DNA from: a virus | DNA: 64,000 bases | Direction: 5' to 3' (one strand) | Virus record (IMG/VR): IMGVR_UViG_3300005529_000026 | Span: 1-64,000 of that record | Shown: piece by piece, positions 1-8,724 of the stretch | Numbering within the stretch: the stretch's first letter is position 1 | How the letters are laid out: every line of letters starts with the position of its first letter | Notes under the pieces: model-generated | What the model was told of the DNA's origin: nothing | Database searches by the model: none | What the model saw: the letters and a program-made list of their open reading frames with translations, nothing else | Made by a program: the position numbers and the translations under genes

Positions 1-42
1 CGCAGCTGCAGAAAACCGCCTAGGGTACCCCAGACAGACCAA

Positions 43-118
<76 letters not shown>

Positions 119-264
119 ACACCAAGTGAAAGAAAAGGAAGGAGTTATGCTGCACAAACAAGAAAATTGACTGCCAAAAGTCAACTGATTCGAGCTTTCG
201 CTTTCAATTCGCCCGAAATTGTGGTTGCTGTGCGGCATGTTTCTGATTATCTCAGGCAGAGAGG

Positions 265-879
265 CTAGCTGGCAACCGCCTCGATGTACTCGATGGTCTT
301 TTTGACCGCTTTTTTGGTGCGCGATTTATCAACCCAGTCCGGCGAGACTCGCCAACGAGGATTTTCCAACGGCTGATAGACCATGTGGCAGCCGTTGCTG
401 CTGTCGAACTCAAGCCCGACAAACGAATTCTCCGGCTTGAAATTTTCAGGCAGCGGCCCAACAATCGGCCCCTCGAAAAAGATGCCATGCTGAGGCCGGT
501 GCGCTTGGTCAATGGACGCATCAATGAATATCTTTTGCTCTGGTAACGCCGCAATCAGGTGCCCTTCGTAGCCGTCCACTTTGCCGGGAACGGGAACCCC
601 AACCCCGACCGACCACGCTTTATTGCGGTCGCACCACGCATGAAAAAGTGGCCCCTCATCTAGTGGGGGATTGTCGCCGCGCAGCAGGGCGTCAACGAAT
701 CCGGGGTTGTAAATGAGAACTCGAACCGGGAGCGGGTAGGCTGTAATTCCGAAGTGCTTCAAGATGCGGATAACGGCCCGCGTCGTGGCGATGCAGGAGT
801 CAGTGCGGAAATCGCGTAGGATTTCCCGCCGTGTGACGGTTTTGATACCCTCGATAACCTTCTGAACCTGCATCGTCAT
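265..879 (-). CDS. hypothetical protein with transglutaminase/papain-like Cys-His-Asp signature
   Basis: Start reassigned to ATG at 879 (TAATG overlap with upstream stop); DSCIATTR...EGHL...FIDASIDQ. Confidence 0.55.
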   Translation of the reverse strand: MTMQVQKVIEGIKTVTRREILRDFRTDSCIATTRAVIRILKHFGITAYPLPVRVLIYNPGFVDALLRGDNPPLDEGPLFHAWCDRNKAWSVGVGVPVPGKVDGYEGHLIAALPEQKIFIDASIDQAHRPQHGIFFEGPIVGPLPENFKPENSFVGLEFDSSNGCHMVYQPLENPRWRVSPDWVDKSRTKKAVKKTIEYIEAVAS

Positions 880-1277
880 TACGCACGCCGCGCCTCCGCA
901 CGATTGCGCTTTGCCCGCGACTCGGCAAGCACGTAAAGGTCTTCCTTGTCGCTGGCGTTCAGGTGAGGCCAAGCACGTTCGATGCGCTCAATCTCCGGGT
1001 TCTTGCCCGCTAACTCAAGCGGCACAGTACCGAATTTCATTCGGATGCGGTCGGCTTGGCTGAGGCGTTCCATTTCTTTGATGGGAAGCCCCAGAGTTTC
1101 GCTGAGTGTTCGCAGCATGAACCGAGACGGCACGGCCTCACCGCGAACAATCATGCGGATGTGCTCGTATGTTGCGCCTGTTTCCTTGGCAATGTCGCGG
1201 ATGGATTTTCCCTGCTCCTCCATCGCAGCGACAATACGCTCGGAAATCATGGTTGGAACTTTGTTGTTGTCGGCCAT
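879..1277 (-). CDS. XRE-family HTH transcriptional regulator (repressor-like)
   Basis: SIRDIAKETGATYEHIRMIVRGEAVPS HTH; GGAG SD before ATG 1277. Confidence 0.85.
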   Translation of the reverse strand: MADNNKVPTMISERIVAAMEEQGKSIRDIAKETGATYEHIRMIVRGEAVPSRFMLRTLSETLGLPIKEMERLSQADRIRMKFGTVPLELAGKNPEIERIERAWPHLNASDKEDLYVLAESRAKRNRAEARRA

Positions 1278-1320
1278 AGCCGTATCTCCGTTTTCTAGGG
1301 CAATGCCCTTATCGTCCCAG

Positions 1321-1349
1321 ATAATACGTCTACGACTTTTGGATGTCAA
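1321..1349 (-). promoter_or_regulatory. sigma70-type promoter for the XRE gene
   Basis: TTGACA-17 nt-TATTAT on minus strand; spacer contains GTCGTAGAC. Confidence 0.75.
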
Positions 1350-1422
1350 GCCGGATAGTTGCAGGTTTGACAAACAGTGCGATTATCCCGTATACCTAGC
1401 AACCCTAGGAGGTGTTAAGCAA

Positions 1423-1800
1423 ATGAGAAAAGCAGTAATCGTTCTGGTGCTTTGCACAACAGCCTTAGCGTATGAAGCGCCCAAACCCGACAAATGTCCG
1501 GTGTTCATCGCCAGCTATTACGACGCGACCAATCGCTACGCTCCGCTTCGAGTGACGCTTATCAACAACGCCAGCCAAGAAGTGAGAGCCATCAAGTTCG
1601 GCGTTTACCGGCATTTCACAACCGGCGACAACCAGCGCACCGACGAAGTGTTCTCCGACACGTTCAACCTGAAGCCGGGCAAGAAAAAAGTGTTCGGCTA
1701 TCAGCGTGGGCTGTGGACAACACCCGACTCTCGTGCCTGTATCTTAAAAATTTCGTTCAAGGACGGCTCGACATGGGAAACAGATAAGTGCGGGGAATGA
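1423..1800 (+). CDS. secreted/periplasmic hypothetical protein
   Basis: AGGAGG SD, ATG 1423, signal peptide MRKAVIVLVLCTTALA. Confidence 0.75.
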   Translation: MRKAVIVLVLCTTALAYEAPKPDKCPVFIASYYDATNRYAPLRVTLINNASQEVRAIKFGVYRHFTTGDNQRTDEVFSDTFNLKPGKKKVFGYQRGLWTTPDSRACILKISFKDGSTWETDKCGE

Positions 1801-1814
1801 GCATGTCATCAAAC

Positions 1815-1860
1815 AAAAAAAAAGGGGCTAGGCAGCGCAACGCTACCTAGCCCGATTTGT
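1815..1860. terminator. intrinsic terminator between convergent genes
   Basis: A-run + GGGCTAGG/CCTAGCCC stem. Confidence 0.75.
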
Positions 1861-2274
1861 TTACTCGCTTAACTTTTCTAGAACACCCTTAATGTCGGCT
1901 GGCGAGTAGGTAGGTGGCTTCAAAACCTTCCCATCCTCCCTACGATGCACCGTTCCATCGGGCCACAGCTTTGTCATGTTCGAGCGATGAACTTCAGCGA
2001 AAACCGCCTCAGAGTCAATGCCCATAGCGACCGCAGCGCCTAGTACCACATAGAGGAGGTCTCCGATGGCGTCTGCCATTCCAACCAAATCCCTAGCCGC
2101 TGCCGCATCTCTGAATTCCGTTGCTTCCTCGTCAATCAACTTAACGCGAAGCTCTAACAATTTATCGTCCACAAGCGTGGGCTTGGTGTTGAACACCATG
2201 CCAAACTTCTTGTGAAACTCAAGCACTCGGTTTTGCAAATTCTGCTTACTGCATCCTCCTACTTCTTCCAGCAA
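1861..2274 (-). CDS. MazG-like/PRA-PH-family NTP pyrophosphohydrolase
   Basis: LIDEEATEF...DAIGDLLYV...EVHRSNMTK...DGKVLKP motifs; exact start uncertain. Confidence 0.88.
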   Translation of the reverse strand: MLEEVGGCSKQNLQNRVLEFHKKFGMVFNTKPTLVDDKLLELRVKLIDEEATEFRDAAAARDLVGMADAIGDLLYVVLGAAVAMGIDSEAVFAEVHRSNMTKLWPDGTVHRREDGKVLKPPTYSPADIKGVLEKLSE

Positions 2275-4508
2275 TCGGCAATTTTGCCGTCATACGTCAT
2301 CTTGATTTTCTTCACCATCTCACCGCCTGCGCGGGACATGGCATCTCCGGCAGTCTTGAAGCACTGCTCAGCAACCGCATCCGGCGACTCAATCACAAAC
2401 TCGTCGTGGACGAAATTCTCTAGCAGCGCGTTAAACTGCGGCTCAAGTGTGTGCCACATATATGGCTTGCCATCCGGGTCGAAACCGCAACCCATAGCGA
2501 GCTTCGCAATGTAGGCATTAGTTCCCTGAATGCGGCTGTTCTTGCCCTCACGCTCGATGCTGCCATGCATCGCCTTGTAAACCCGGTTGATGTCGTAGTC
2601 GCTGAGGGAAGAAACATCCTTACCATCTTTGACTAAGCGCTGCATGGCGATACGCCGCGCCTCATCCCAACTCGGTTTGTGCCAGCGACGACGACTCCCG
2701 CATATTGTGCGGGCTTCGAGCGTCATCACCGACTCTTTGCCCGCGTTGTCGAGATAGTTGCTGACGGTCGGGAACGCCGTCTTGTACTCGTGGATGAGCT
2801 TCTCAGCATCCTTCAGCGAGATAGACAACTGCTCGGCAAGCCCTTTAGCCGCCAGCCCGTAAGCCAGCCCAAAGTTGATTGCTTTTACGTTGTCGCGGAG
2901 CTTTTTGTGTTCTTTGCAACCACACTTCTCATGCTTCGCGTAATACGCACAGCCTTCTTCAGCCGCATCTTCCCAGCGCTTCTTGTAAAGAATCTCAGCA
3001 CCGACCGAATGAACGTCCCAGCCGTTGTTGAACGCATCAATCCAGACTTTTTCGCCCGACAGTTCTGCGAGGATGCGAAGCTCGCACCCCTCGTAGTCCA
3101 TCGTGAGCATCTTGTAGCCGGGGCGGGCTACAAAGCACGCTCGATACCGCTTGTCTCGCGGTAGATTTTGAACGTTTGGCTTCGAGGAACTGGTGCGCCC
3201 AGTTTCGGCACCCATCTGATGAATCTCAGAGTGGATACGACCAGTTTCCTTGTCTACGTATTTGTTAAGGAACTCCTCGCCGTACGTGGTGATGAGCTTA
3301 TCTGTTTCGCGGTAGAGGCGAATCAGGTCAATGACGCCGCACTCGTCCAGCAGTTCCCAATTCTCACTGCCGAAAACTTTGTCGCCATCCCACAGCGGGT
3401 GCTCGGCTACGAGCTTGAGACTCTTATCATTCGTGTTCGGCAGTTTGCGCTCACCGAAGCCCATCTTCCGAAGCGCGGCTAGAAGCTGAGCATTTGAGCC
3501 GTAGTTGATTGCGGCATTGCCTTGAAACGTGTCGTAATTCTTTCTCGCCTTGTTGACTGCTTTGCGAGCCTGCATGTACGCATCGCGCAGAAACGCACGC
3601 GCAGCCTTATCCGTCTCGGCCTTCCAAGCTGCTTCTAGCGCAACAAGGTCGTGAGCGGGAACGTCTTTTGTCCCGACTACCGGGACGAACACTTTGTCGA
3701 GAGCAGCGATGACTGCCGACTTCTTAAAACGCTGCTCCTCAAGCAGCGTGAGCCATTTGTCTGCGGAGAGCAGCAGCCCATTGATATGCATATCCCCGAA
3801 CGCAGGGATTGCGTCATTCTCGATTTTCGCGGCCCAATCCAGCTTGTCTTTGGAAAGTGTGACCAACTGTCCGGCTCTGACAGCCAGCGGCAGTCGCGTG
3901 TCGAGTCCGGCATAAGTCACTTGCGCCGGGGTGAGGGGTGTTTCTAAATCGAACGACTGCTGATGGGACTTATCAATCCGCAGCTTGGCGTAACGCGCAA
4001 CAAGGTCTTCTAGACCCCAAAAACCTGTTTCAAAGAAGTCCACCAGCCCGGCGTAGATAACCTTCTCCACGATTTGCACATCGTGCAGATGCCACATGCG
4101 AATGCCTAGGCACCACTTCACAACCTCGTAATCAAATTGGAGATTTGCCCCCACCTTGAGCCAGAGCATTGATTCAAGATGCGGGCGCAGCACGTCCACC
4201 ACGGCCTGAAGACCGGGGTTTTGCTGCACACGGACGCCGTTGTGTCCTTGAAAATAAACCAGATTGGCCGTCGAGCCAGCAAAGGCCAGAAGGTCAATCA
4301 CGTACTGCTCGTTCTTATCGCCTACCTGAATCGTGCGAATGCGACGATTGACGAAAGTAGGAGTGATGTTGGTTTCAGTATCTATGCCAAACGCTGAAGC
4401 TCTTGAAAGGAAATCCTTTACCTTTGCAAGTCCCTCGAAATCAGTTACTAGAACCGTGTTCAGGGGTGGATTCAGCTTCTCCGGCATCAAACTCGGAGCT
4501 TCCACCAT
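2259..4508 (-). CDS. polA: DNA polymerase family A with 3'-5' exonuclease
   Basis: DTET ExoI, TGRTSSSKPNVQN, DYEGCELR motif A, KAINFGLAYG motif B, VHDE motif C. Confidence 0.96.
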   Translation of the reverse strand: MVEAPSLMPEKLNPPLNTVLVTDFEGLAKVKDFLSRASAFGIDTETNITPTFVNRRIRTIQVGDKNEQYVIDLLAFAGSTANLVYFQGHNGVRVQQNPGLQAVVDVLRPHLESMLWLKVGANLQFDYEVVKWCLGIRMWHLHDVQIVEKVIYAGLVDFFETGFWGLEDLVARYAKLRIDKSHQQSFDLETPLTPAQVTYAGLDTRLPLAVRAGQLVTLSKDKLDWAAKIENDAIPAFGDMHINGLLLSADKWLTLLEEQRFKKSAVIAALDKVFVPVVGTKDVPAHDLVALEAAWKAETDKAARAFLRDAYMQARKAVNKARKNYDTFQGNAAINYGSNAQLLAALRKMGFGERKLPNTNDKSLKLVAEHPLWDGDKVFGSENWELLDECGVIDLIRLYRETDKLITTYGEEFLNKYVDKETGRIHSEIHQMGAETGRTSSSKPNVQNLPRDKRYRACFVARPGYKMLTMDYEGCELRILAELSGEKVWIDAFNNGWDVHSVGAEILYKKRWEDAAEEGCAYYAKHEKCGCKEHKKLRDNVKAINFGLAYGLAAKGLAEQLSISLKDAEKLIHEYKTAFPTVSNYLDNAGKESVMTLEARTICGSRRRWHKPSWDEARRIAMQRLVKDGKDVSSLSDYDINRVYKAMHGSIEREGKNSRIQGTNAYIAKLAMGCGFDPDGKPYMWHTLEPQFNALLENFVHDEFVIESPDAVAEQCFKTAGDAMSRAGGEMVKKIKMTYDGKIADCWKK

Positions 4509-4515
4509 GAAGGGC

Positions 4516-4544
4516 AGTATGCCACAGTTTTACTTGCATGTCAA
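4516..4544 (-). promoter_or_regulatory. sigma70-type promoter of the polymerase (probably leaderless mRNA)
   Basis: TTGACA-17-CATACT ending 7 nt before the ATG; no SD. Confidence 0.7.
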
Positions 4545-4606
4545 GTGTTTTGCTTGTTTGCTTAGCCTTGTTGGTTGAGGACTAAATGCGTAGACAAAAA
4601 TAATGC

Positions 4607-4635
4607 TTGACAACCCTAGAAATTCGTGCTAAACT
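4607..4635 (+). promoter_or_regulatory. sigma70-type promoter
   Basis: TTGACA-17-TAAACT preceded by GTAGACA at 4590. Confidence 0.7.
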
Positions 4636-4745
4636 AAAAACACTTCGGCAGCTTGGAAACATACACTTTCTTTTGGTAAATTTTTACACATCGCTATTGG
4701 TGGATGTAATATGTTGACAGCTTCTGTAGTTGTATAGGACAATTG

Positions 4746-5030
4746 ATGACTGAAATGAGAGACTTCAACAACATCAAGCAGTGGCTGCAACCCCTGCTGA
4801 CCGAAAGAAATCTGTCGGTCGAAAAGTTTGCAGAGGCTTGTGGGCTAGCACGGCCAACGATTTATCACTTCTTCACCGACCGCAGCCGACCCAGCGAACA
4901 GGTCATGGTGAAGATGTGTCAGGTGCTAGGGGTTCCCCTCGAAGAAGGCATGCGCCAGTACACCCCGCGCAGGCGTGGCCGTCCCAAAGGCAGCGGCGGG
5001 CTGGCAGAGCTACCCGTCCGGCAGCGATAA
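4746..5030 (+). CDS. XRE-family HTH regulator with C-terminal AT-hook
   Basis: LSVEKFAEACGLARPTIYHF...RSRPS; RRRGRPKGS. Confidence 0.85.
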   Translation: MTEMRDFNNIKQWLQPLLTERNLSVEKFAEACGLARPTIYHFFTDRSRPSEQVMVKMCQVLGVPLEEGMRQYTPRRRGRPKGSGGLAELPVRQR

Positions 5031-5180
5031 CCCGCGTAGAGGCACCAAACGGTCTAGCGTCCGCTCCATCCCGCAGGCGCACATAGGCGTGCAGAAGTCG
5101 CACGTCTCAGTCAAGCATCTGCGGCAGAGGGTTAGGTCGTCCTCCGGCAGCCGTCGCCTGCAACTGAAGCATTCGCTCAC
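5010..5180 (-). CDS. small Cys-rich zinc-finger protein (56 aa, not in ORF track)
   Basis: MSECFSCRRRLPEDDLTLCRRCLTETCDFCTPMCACG...; three CxxC plus CxC; AAGGA upstream. Confidence 0.6.
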   Translation of the reverse strand: MSECFSCRRRLPEDDLTLCRRCLTETCDFCTPMCACGMERTLDRLVPLRGLSLPDG

Positions 5181-5357
5181 GTTGGACGCTATCCTTTTGA
5201 AACGTAAGTAGATGCTGAAAGGTATTACGGTCTACCCCAGAGAACAATAGGAGCAAGACCTTAGATTCTTGAGGCTTGGAACAAAATTAGCGGTTATGAA
5301 TCGAGGTTAAGTCCTTGCCTATGTGTCACTTCTGCGAAACTAGTAGACAGTCAACTA

Positions 5358-5385
5358 TTGACAAATGGAAAACAAGTGGTATAAT
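5358..5385 (+). promoter_or_regulatory. consensus sigma70 promoter
   Basis: TTGACA-16-TATAAT with extended -10 TG. Confidence 0.85.
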
Positions 5386-5421
5386 TGATGTGTAAGATAG
5401 AAAAAGACATCCTCCATTGTC

Positions 5422-5453
5422 GGCCCGTCCAACGGCGGGCCTCCGTTTTCTTT
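5422..5453 (+). terminator. terminator/attenuator shortly after the promoter
   Basis: GGCCCGTC/GGCGGGCC stem then TCCGTTTTCTTT. Confidence 0.6.
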
Positions 5454-5629
5454 CCTCCTGCTGCACACCATGCAGTCCGGCGTGTGCAGTTCTAGGCTCC
5501 TTGTCCTCTACCACAGGAGCCGGTGTGTCCCTGAGACATGAGCGCAGGCGGGGTCGGTACTCCTCTCCGACCCCTCTGCGAATTACTAAGTCGTAGACAA
5601 GACATCACGTTGTAGAGGTTCGAGAGAGT

Positions 5630-6388
5630 TTGAAGAAGCTTTTTGCTGTTTTGGTTCTAGCCGCCTGCCTTCTGGGTTGGGGCGGATGCAGTGGGCCTCT
5701 TGAGGTTCATCCGAACGGTTCGCCGCTGACTGCACGTAAGGTCGCTCCTCCGACACTGGGTGTTCAGGTGACGTACAGCGACGATGTGCGCCCTTGCACG
5801 TTCAGCATCACCACGACGCCGCAGGGCTGGTTTTACAAGAAAGACGGAGTGCCGTGCTACTGGGCACCCGGAGAGAACCTAGACCTGATGTTCAGGGTAG
5901 AGTTCGACAGCGCCGACAATATGTATGCCCCCGGTTGGTCGGTCATTGACCGCAGCAGCGGGGCGGTTGTGCAAGTTTTTACCACGTCAACCGTCCATAA
6001 ACCCGGCGACAGCAACATTCCTAATTACACGCTGCTTCCTGCCACGCTGCACGCGGGAGACACCTACATCATTCACAAAGGCGACGAAGACCCCGGACAC
6101 GCATGGGGCTTTGTCGTGACAGAGGAAACGATACACACACCTCTCTACACAGGGCCAGCGATTTGCGCTCAGTGGTGGGAAGGCGTTGACCCTTTTCCGG
6201 GTACATGGCCGCAGTTCCCAGAGATTCCGATTTATCAAGGTGACTCTGAGAAATACTGCTGGCGCGAAAAAGACCCGATTCCACTGCCTATGACGATTGA
6301 AGTGATTCACTTCGCGGCTGGCGGACACGATTACAACGGCGTGTTTGAGCCGAAGATGCTCTACCACGCAACTGCAATCGGTAGATAA
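5630..6388 (+). CDS. putative lipoprotein
   Basis: MKKLFAVLVLAACLLGWGGC signal with lipobox-like Cys. Confidence 0.65.
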   Translation: MKKLFAVLVLAACLLGWGGCSGPLEVHPNGSPLTARKVAPPTLGVQVTYSDDVRPCTFSITTTPQGWFYKKDGVPCYWAPGENLDLMFRVEFDSADNMYAPGWSVIDRSSGAVVQVFTTSTVHKPGDSNIPNYTLLPATLHAGDTYIIHKGDEDPGHAWGFVVTEETIHTPLYTGPAICAQWWEGVDPFPGTWPQFPEIPIYQGDSEKYCWREKDPIPLPMTIEVIHFAAGGHDYNGVFEPKMLYHATAIGR

Positions 6389-6488
6389 AACGTTTTAGCT
6401 CGCCTGCCAAGTGTGCAGAGCTTGAGCACTGCCCGGTGAGAGTCCGGGCGACACATTACAACAAACAGAAAGGGCCAAAGGAGAAAAC

Positions 6489-6962
6489 ATGCCTCTCACA
6501 ATCACTGTCTCCGACGCGCTGCTGAACGGCAACGTCAGCGCCGACACACTCAAAGGTCTAGCTGCTGGCGGCGTAACGATTGACACAGGCAAACCCATTC
6601 CGCCTCAACCGACGGATGCAAGCCTCAGCCCGATTCCTGACGAGACGAAGTATTTCTTCAAAGGCTACCGAGAAGCGGGGTTGGCTGCCATCGGCAACGA
6701 TGCGGCTTTGAATGCTGACCAGCGTGCTTATCTTCTGAGTCTCGCCGCCAACTACCCGTTGAAAGCCGACTTTGAAGCGCAGATTGCGTCCAGCAATCCC
6801 CAGCCCGTCACGTTTCTGCGCGCCAACGGCTTTGCGATTACGCAGGCCAACGTGGATGAGTTCATCTGGCAGCACCGGGAATATCAGAGCGATTTCTGGC
6901 GTGCCCTTCAGAAGCAGAACTTCGAGCGCACCGGCCCCAGCGGTATTTTCGAGCTTGCCTAA
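6489..6962 (+). CDS. hypothetical protein
   Basis: AAGGAG SD, 157-aa ORF. Confidence 0.75.
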   Translation: MPLTITVSDALLNGNVSADTLKGLAAGGVTIDTGKPIPPQPTDASLSPIPDETKYFFKGYREAGLAAIGNDAALNADQRAYLLSLAANYPLKADFEAQIASSNPQPVTFLRANGFAITQANVDEFIWQHREYQSDFWRALQKQNFERTGPSGIFELA

Positions 6963-7033
6963 ACAATTTTGATGTACTGCCCGTTCAGGGCGAAGGAGGT
7001 ACGCCAATGACTAGCCTGTAAGGAGGTTAGCCA

Positions 7034-7213
7034 ATGCGTACAGAGGAACAGAAGCTGGCTACTAAACTGCGCAAAGCGGCAGAGCGTCAGGCTCACCGCG
7101 AGCGGGTGTTCAAAAAGCATCCCCCGGCAGTTCGTTACGCCAAAGCCAAGTTCAAGAAGGGCAAGAAGCGCCAGAAGCGTGTTCGTGTCCTTACACTCGT
7201 CAACAAGAAATAG
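7034..7213 (+). CDS. small highly basic protein (59 aa)
   Basis: AAGGAGGT SD; MRTEEQKLATKLRKAAER...KKGKKRQKR. Confidence 0.7.
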   Translation: MRTEEQKLATKLRKAAERQAHRERVFKKHPPAVRYAKAKFKKGKKRQKRVRVLTLVNKK

Positions 7214-7407
7214 TCCCCGCAAGCGTAACTGCGGACATCAGCAAAATTGGTACATAGAGCGTGGTGGAAATCCGTTCGCGGGTGCGCACCCTAATCTGCC
7301 ATGCTCGTCTAATACGCGGTGTAGGTCGCAAGCCGAAGCCGCCAGTGAACGATAGAACGGACGCAACGCGGAGTGTTTCGTTCACTGCCATACATGAACA
7401 CAATGTG

Positions 7408-7450
7408 AACCCGGCTGAGTCGCATGAAGCGGCTTAGCCGGGTTTTCGTA
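7408..7450 (+). terminator. intrinsic terminator
   Basis: AACCCGGCTGAGTCGC/GCGGCTTAGCCGGGTT stem followed by T-rich tract. Confidence 0.65.
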
Positions 7451-7473
7451 TCTTTCGTATCTTTGGAGACATC

Positions 7474-7743
7474 ATGGCAAACGTTAGCTACAGCGAGCAG
7501 ATTTACTCGGCAGTCAGCGTGGTGGACGGTCTGGTGCGTGCATTCCCGGCGTCGAACGCTGATGGCAGCGCCAATCCCACTGCCCAGCTAAACGCTTTCA
7601 ATGCGTTCATTGATAGCGCAGTAGAGCAGGGCTTTTTTGTTCTTCCTGCTCCGTTCACGGTGACCGCACTCAAAGCGATTGCGCCGTCACTGCTCAAGAT
7701 TATCTCGGATTACAAGGTCGCAACTCAACGCCCTTCTCTGTAA
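7474..7743 (+). CDS. hypothetical protein
   Basis: GGAG SD, 89-aa ORF. Confidence 0.7.
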   Translation: MANVSYSEQIYSAVSVVDGLVRAFPASNADGSANPTAQLNAFNAFIDSAVEQGFFVLPAPFTVTALKAIAPSLLKIISDYKVATQRPSL

Positions 7744-7822
7744 GTCGCTGGGCGAAGTTTGCTCTCGACTTATCTCTGGGAATACCAGCGTCAACATACC
7801 GCGTGCTCAGGACACTTTGACA

Positions 7823-8029
7823 ATGGCTGCACATCGCAAAAATATTCACGAAAAAGTCCAGTTCCATCTCAAGGAAGGCGCTCTGCACAAAGAGATGCAC
7901 GTTGCGGGCGACAAGAAAATCCCCCTAAGTGCCCTTGAGCACGAAAAAGCAGTAGCGAAGCGCACGCATAACAAGAAGCTGATGGAGCGCGTTCAGTTCG
8001 CCATCAATGCGAGGAAGTTCAAGCACTAA
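7823..8029 (+). CDS. small basic phage protein
   Basis: ATG 7823; KEGALHKEMHVAGDKKIP...RVQFAINARK resembles small basic phage proteins seen near terminase genes. Confidence 0.7.
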   Translation: MAAHRKNIHEKVQFHLKEGALHKEMHVAGDKKIPLSALEHEKAVAKRTHNKKLMERVQFAINARKFKH

Positions 8030-8034
8030 GACTC

Positions 8035-8724
8035 ATGGCCGTCGCACACGCACAGAAGTTGCTCATAAAAGCACAGGGCGGCGAGAAGCTGACCAGTGGC
8101 GAGCGTCGGCACGTCGTTGAATGGTTGCAGGCAACACAGCCCGGCCTGACAAACGACACGATGGCTGATTGGTTTCAGGTCAGCGACCGCACCATTCGGC
8201 TGGACAAGAAGGCCATTCGTCTGAAGAAGGCGAAGATTCTCAAAGAAGATGACCCCGGCCTAATCATCGCAGACATTTCAATGGCCTTTGACCAGCAGAT
8301 GCAGGAACTGGAAAAAGGTCTATCAAAGACACGCCTCGGCTCCAAGGAACATCTCGCCTACAGCATCGCCATTATGGACATGCACTTCAAGAAATTGAAG
8401 GCGTTCCAAGACGCGGGCTACACGCCTAAGAATCTAGGCAACATGACGGTTGAGAAGTTCGAGTACACGGCAATCGTACACAAAGATGGCAGCGTGGAAA
8501 CACGCAAGGCCGATATGTTCAAGGAAAAACCTGAACCGGATTTCATCGAGGCCGAAGTAGTACCTGCGCCGCAGCTTCCTGCACCGAGTAAAGAGACAAA
8601 TGAGCAGAACGGCGAAGGTCAACCCGAATTACAAGCAGTCGCCATCACTTGCGAGTCAGGTGAGGGTGAAGCCGGTAGTGCTGACGTTGCCTCCGGCACA
8701 TCCGAAGCAGTACGAACTGATTAA
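8035..8724 (+). CDS. putative terminase small subunit
   Basis: N-terminal HTH (TMADWFQVSDRTIRLD), helical core, directly upstream of TerL. Confidence 0.7.
   Translation: MAVAHAQKLLIKAQGGEKLTSGERRHVVEWLQATQPGLTNDTMADWFQVSDRTIRLDKKAIRLKKAKILKEDDPGLIIADISMAFDQQMQELEKGLSKTRLGSKEHLAYSIAIMDMHFKKLKAFQDAGYTPKNLGNMTVEKFEYTAIVHKDGSVETRKADMFKEKPEPDFIEAEVVPAPQLPAPSKETNEQNGEGQPELQAVAITCESGEGEAGSADVASGTSEAVRTD

Noticed and set aside
982-1422. N-terminal extension of ORF 982-1800
   Set aside because: Antisense to the XRE gene; SD and signal peptide place the start at 1423.
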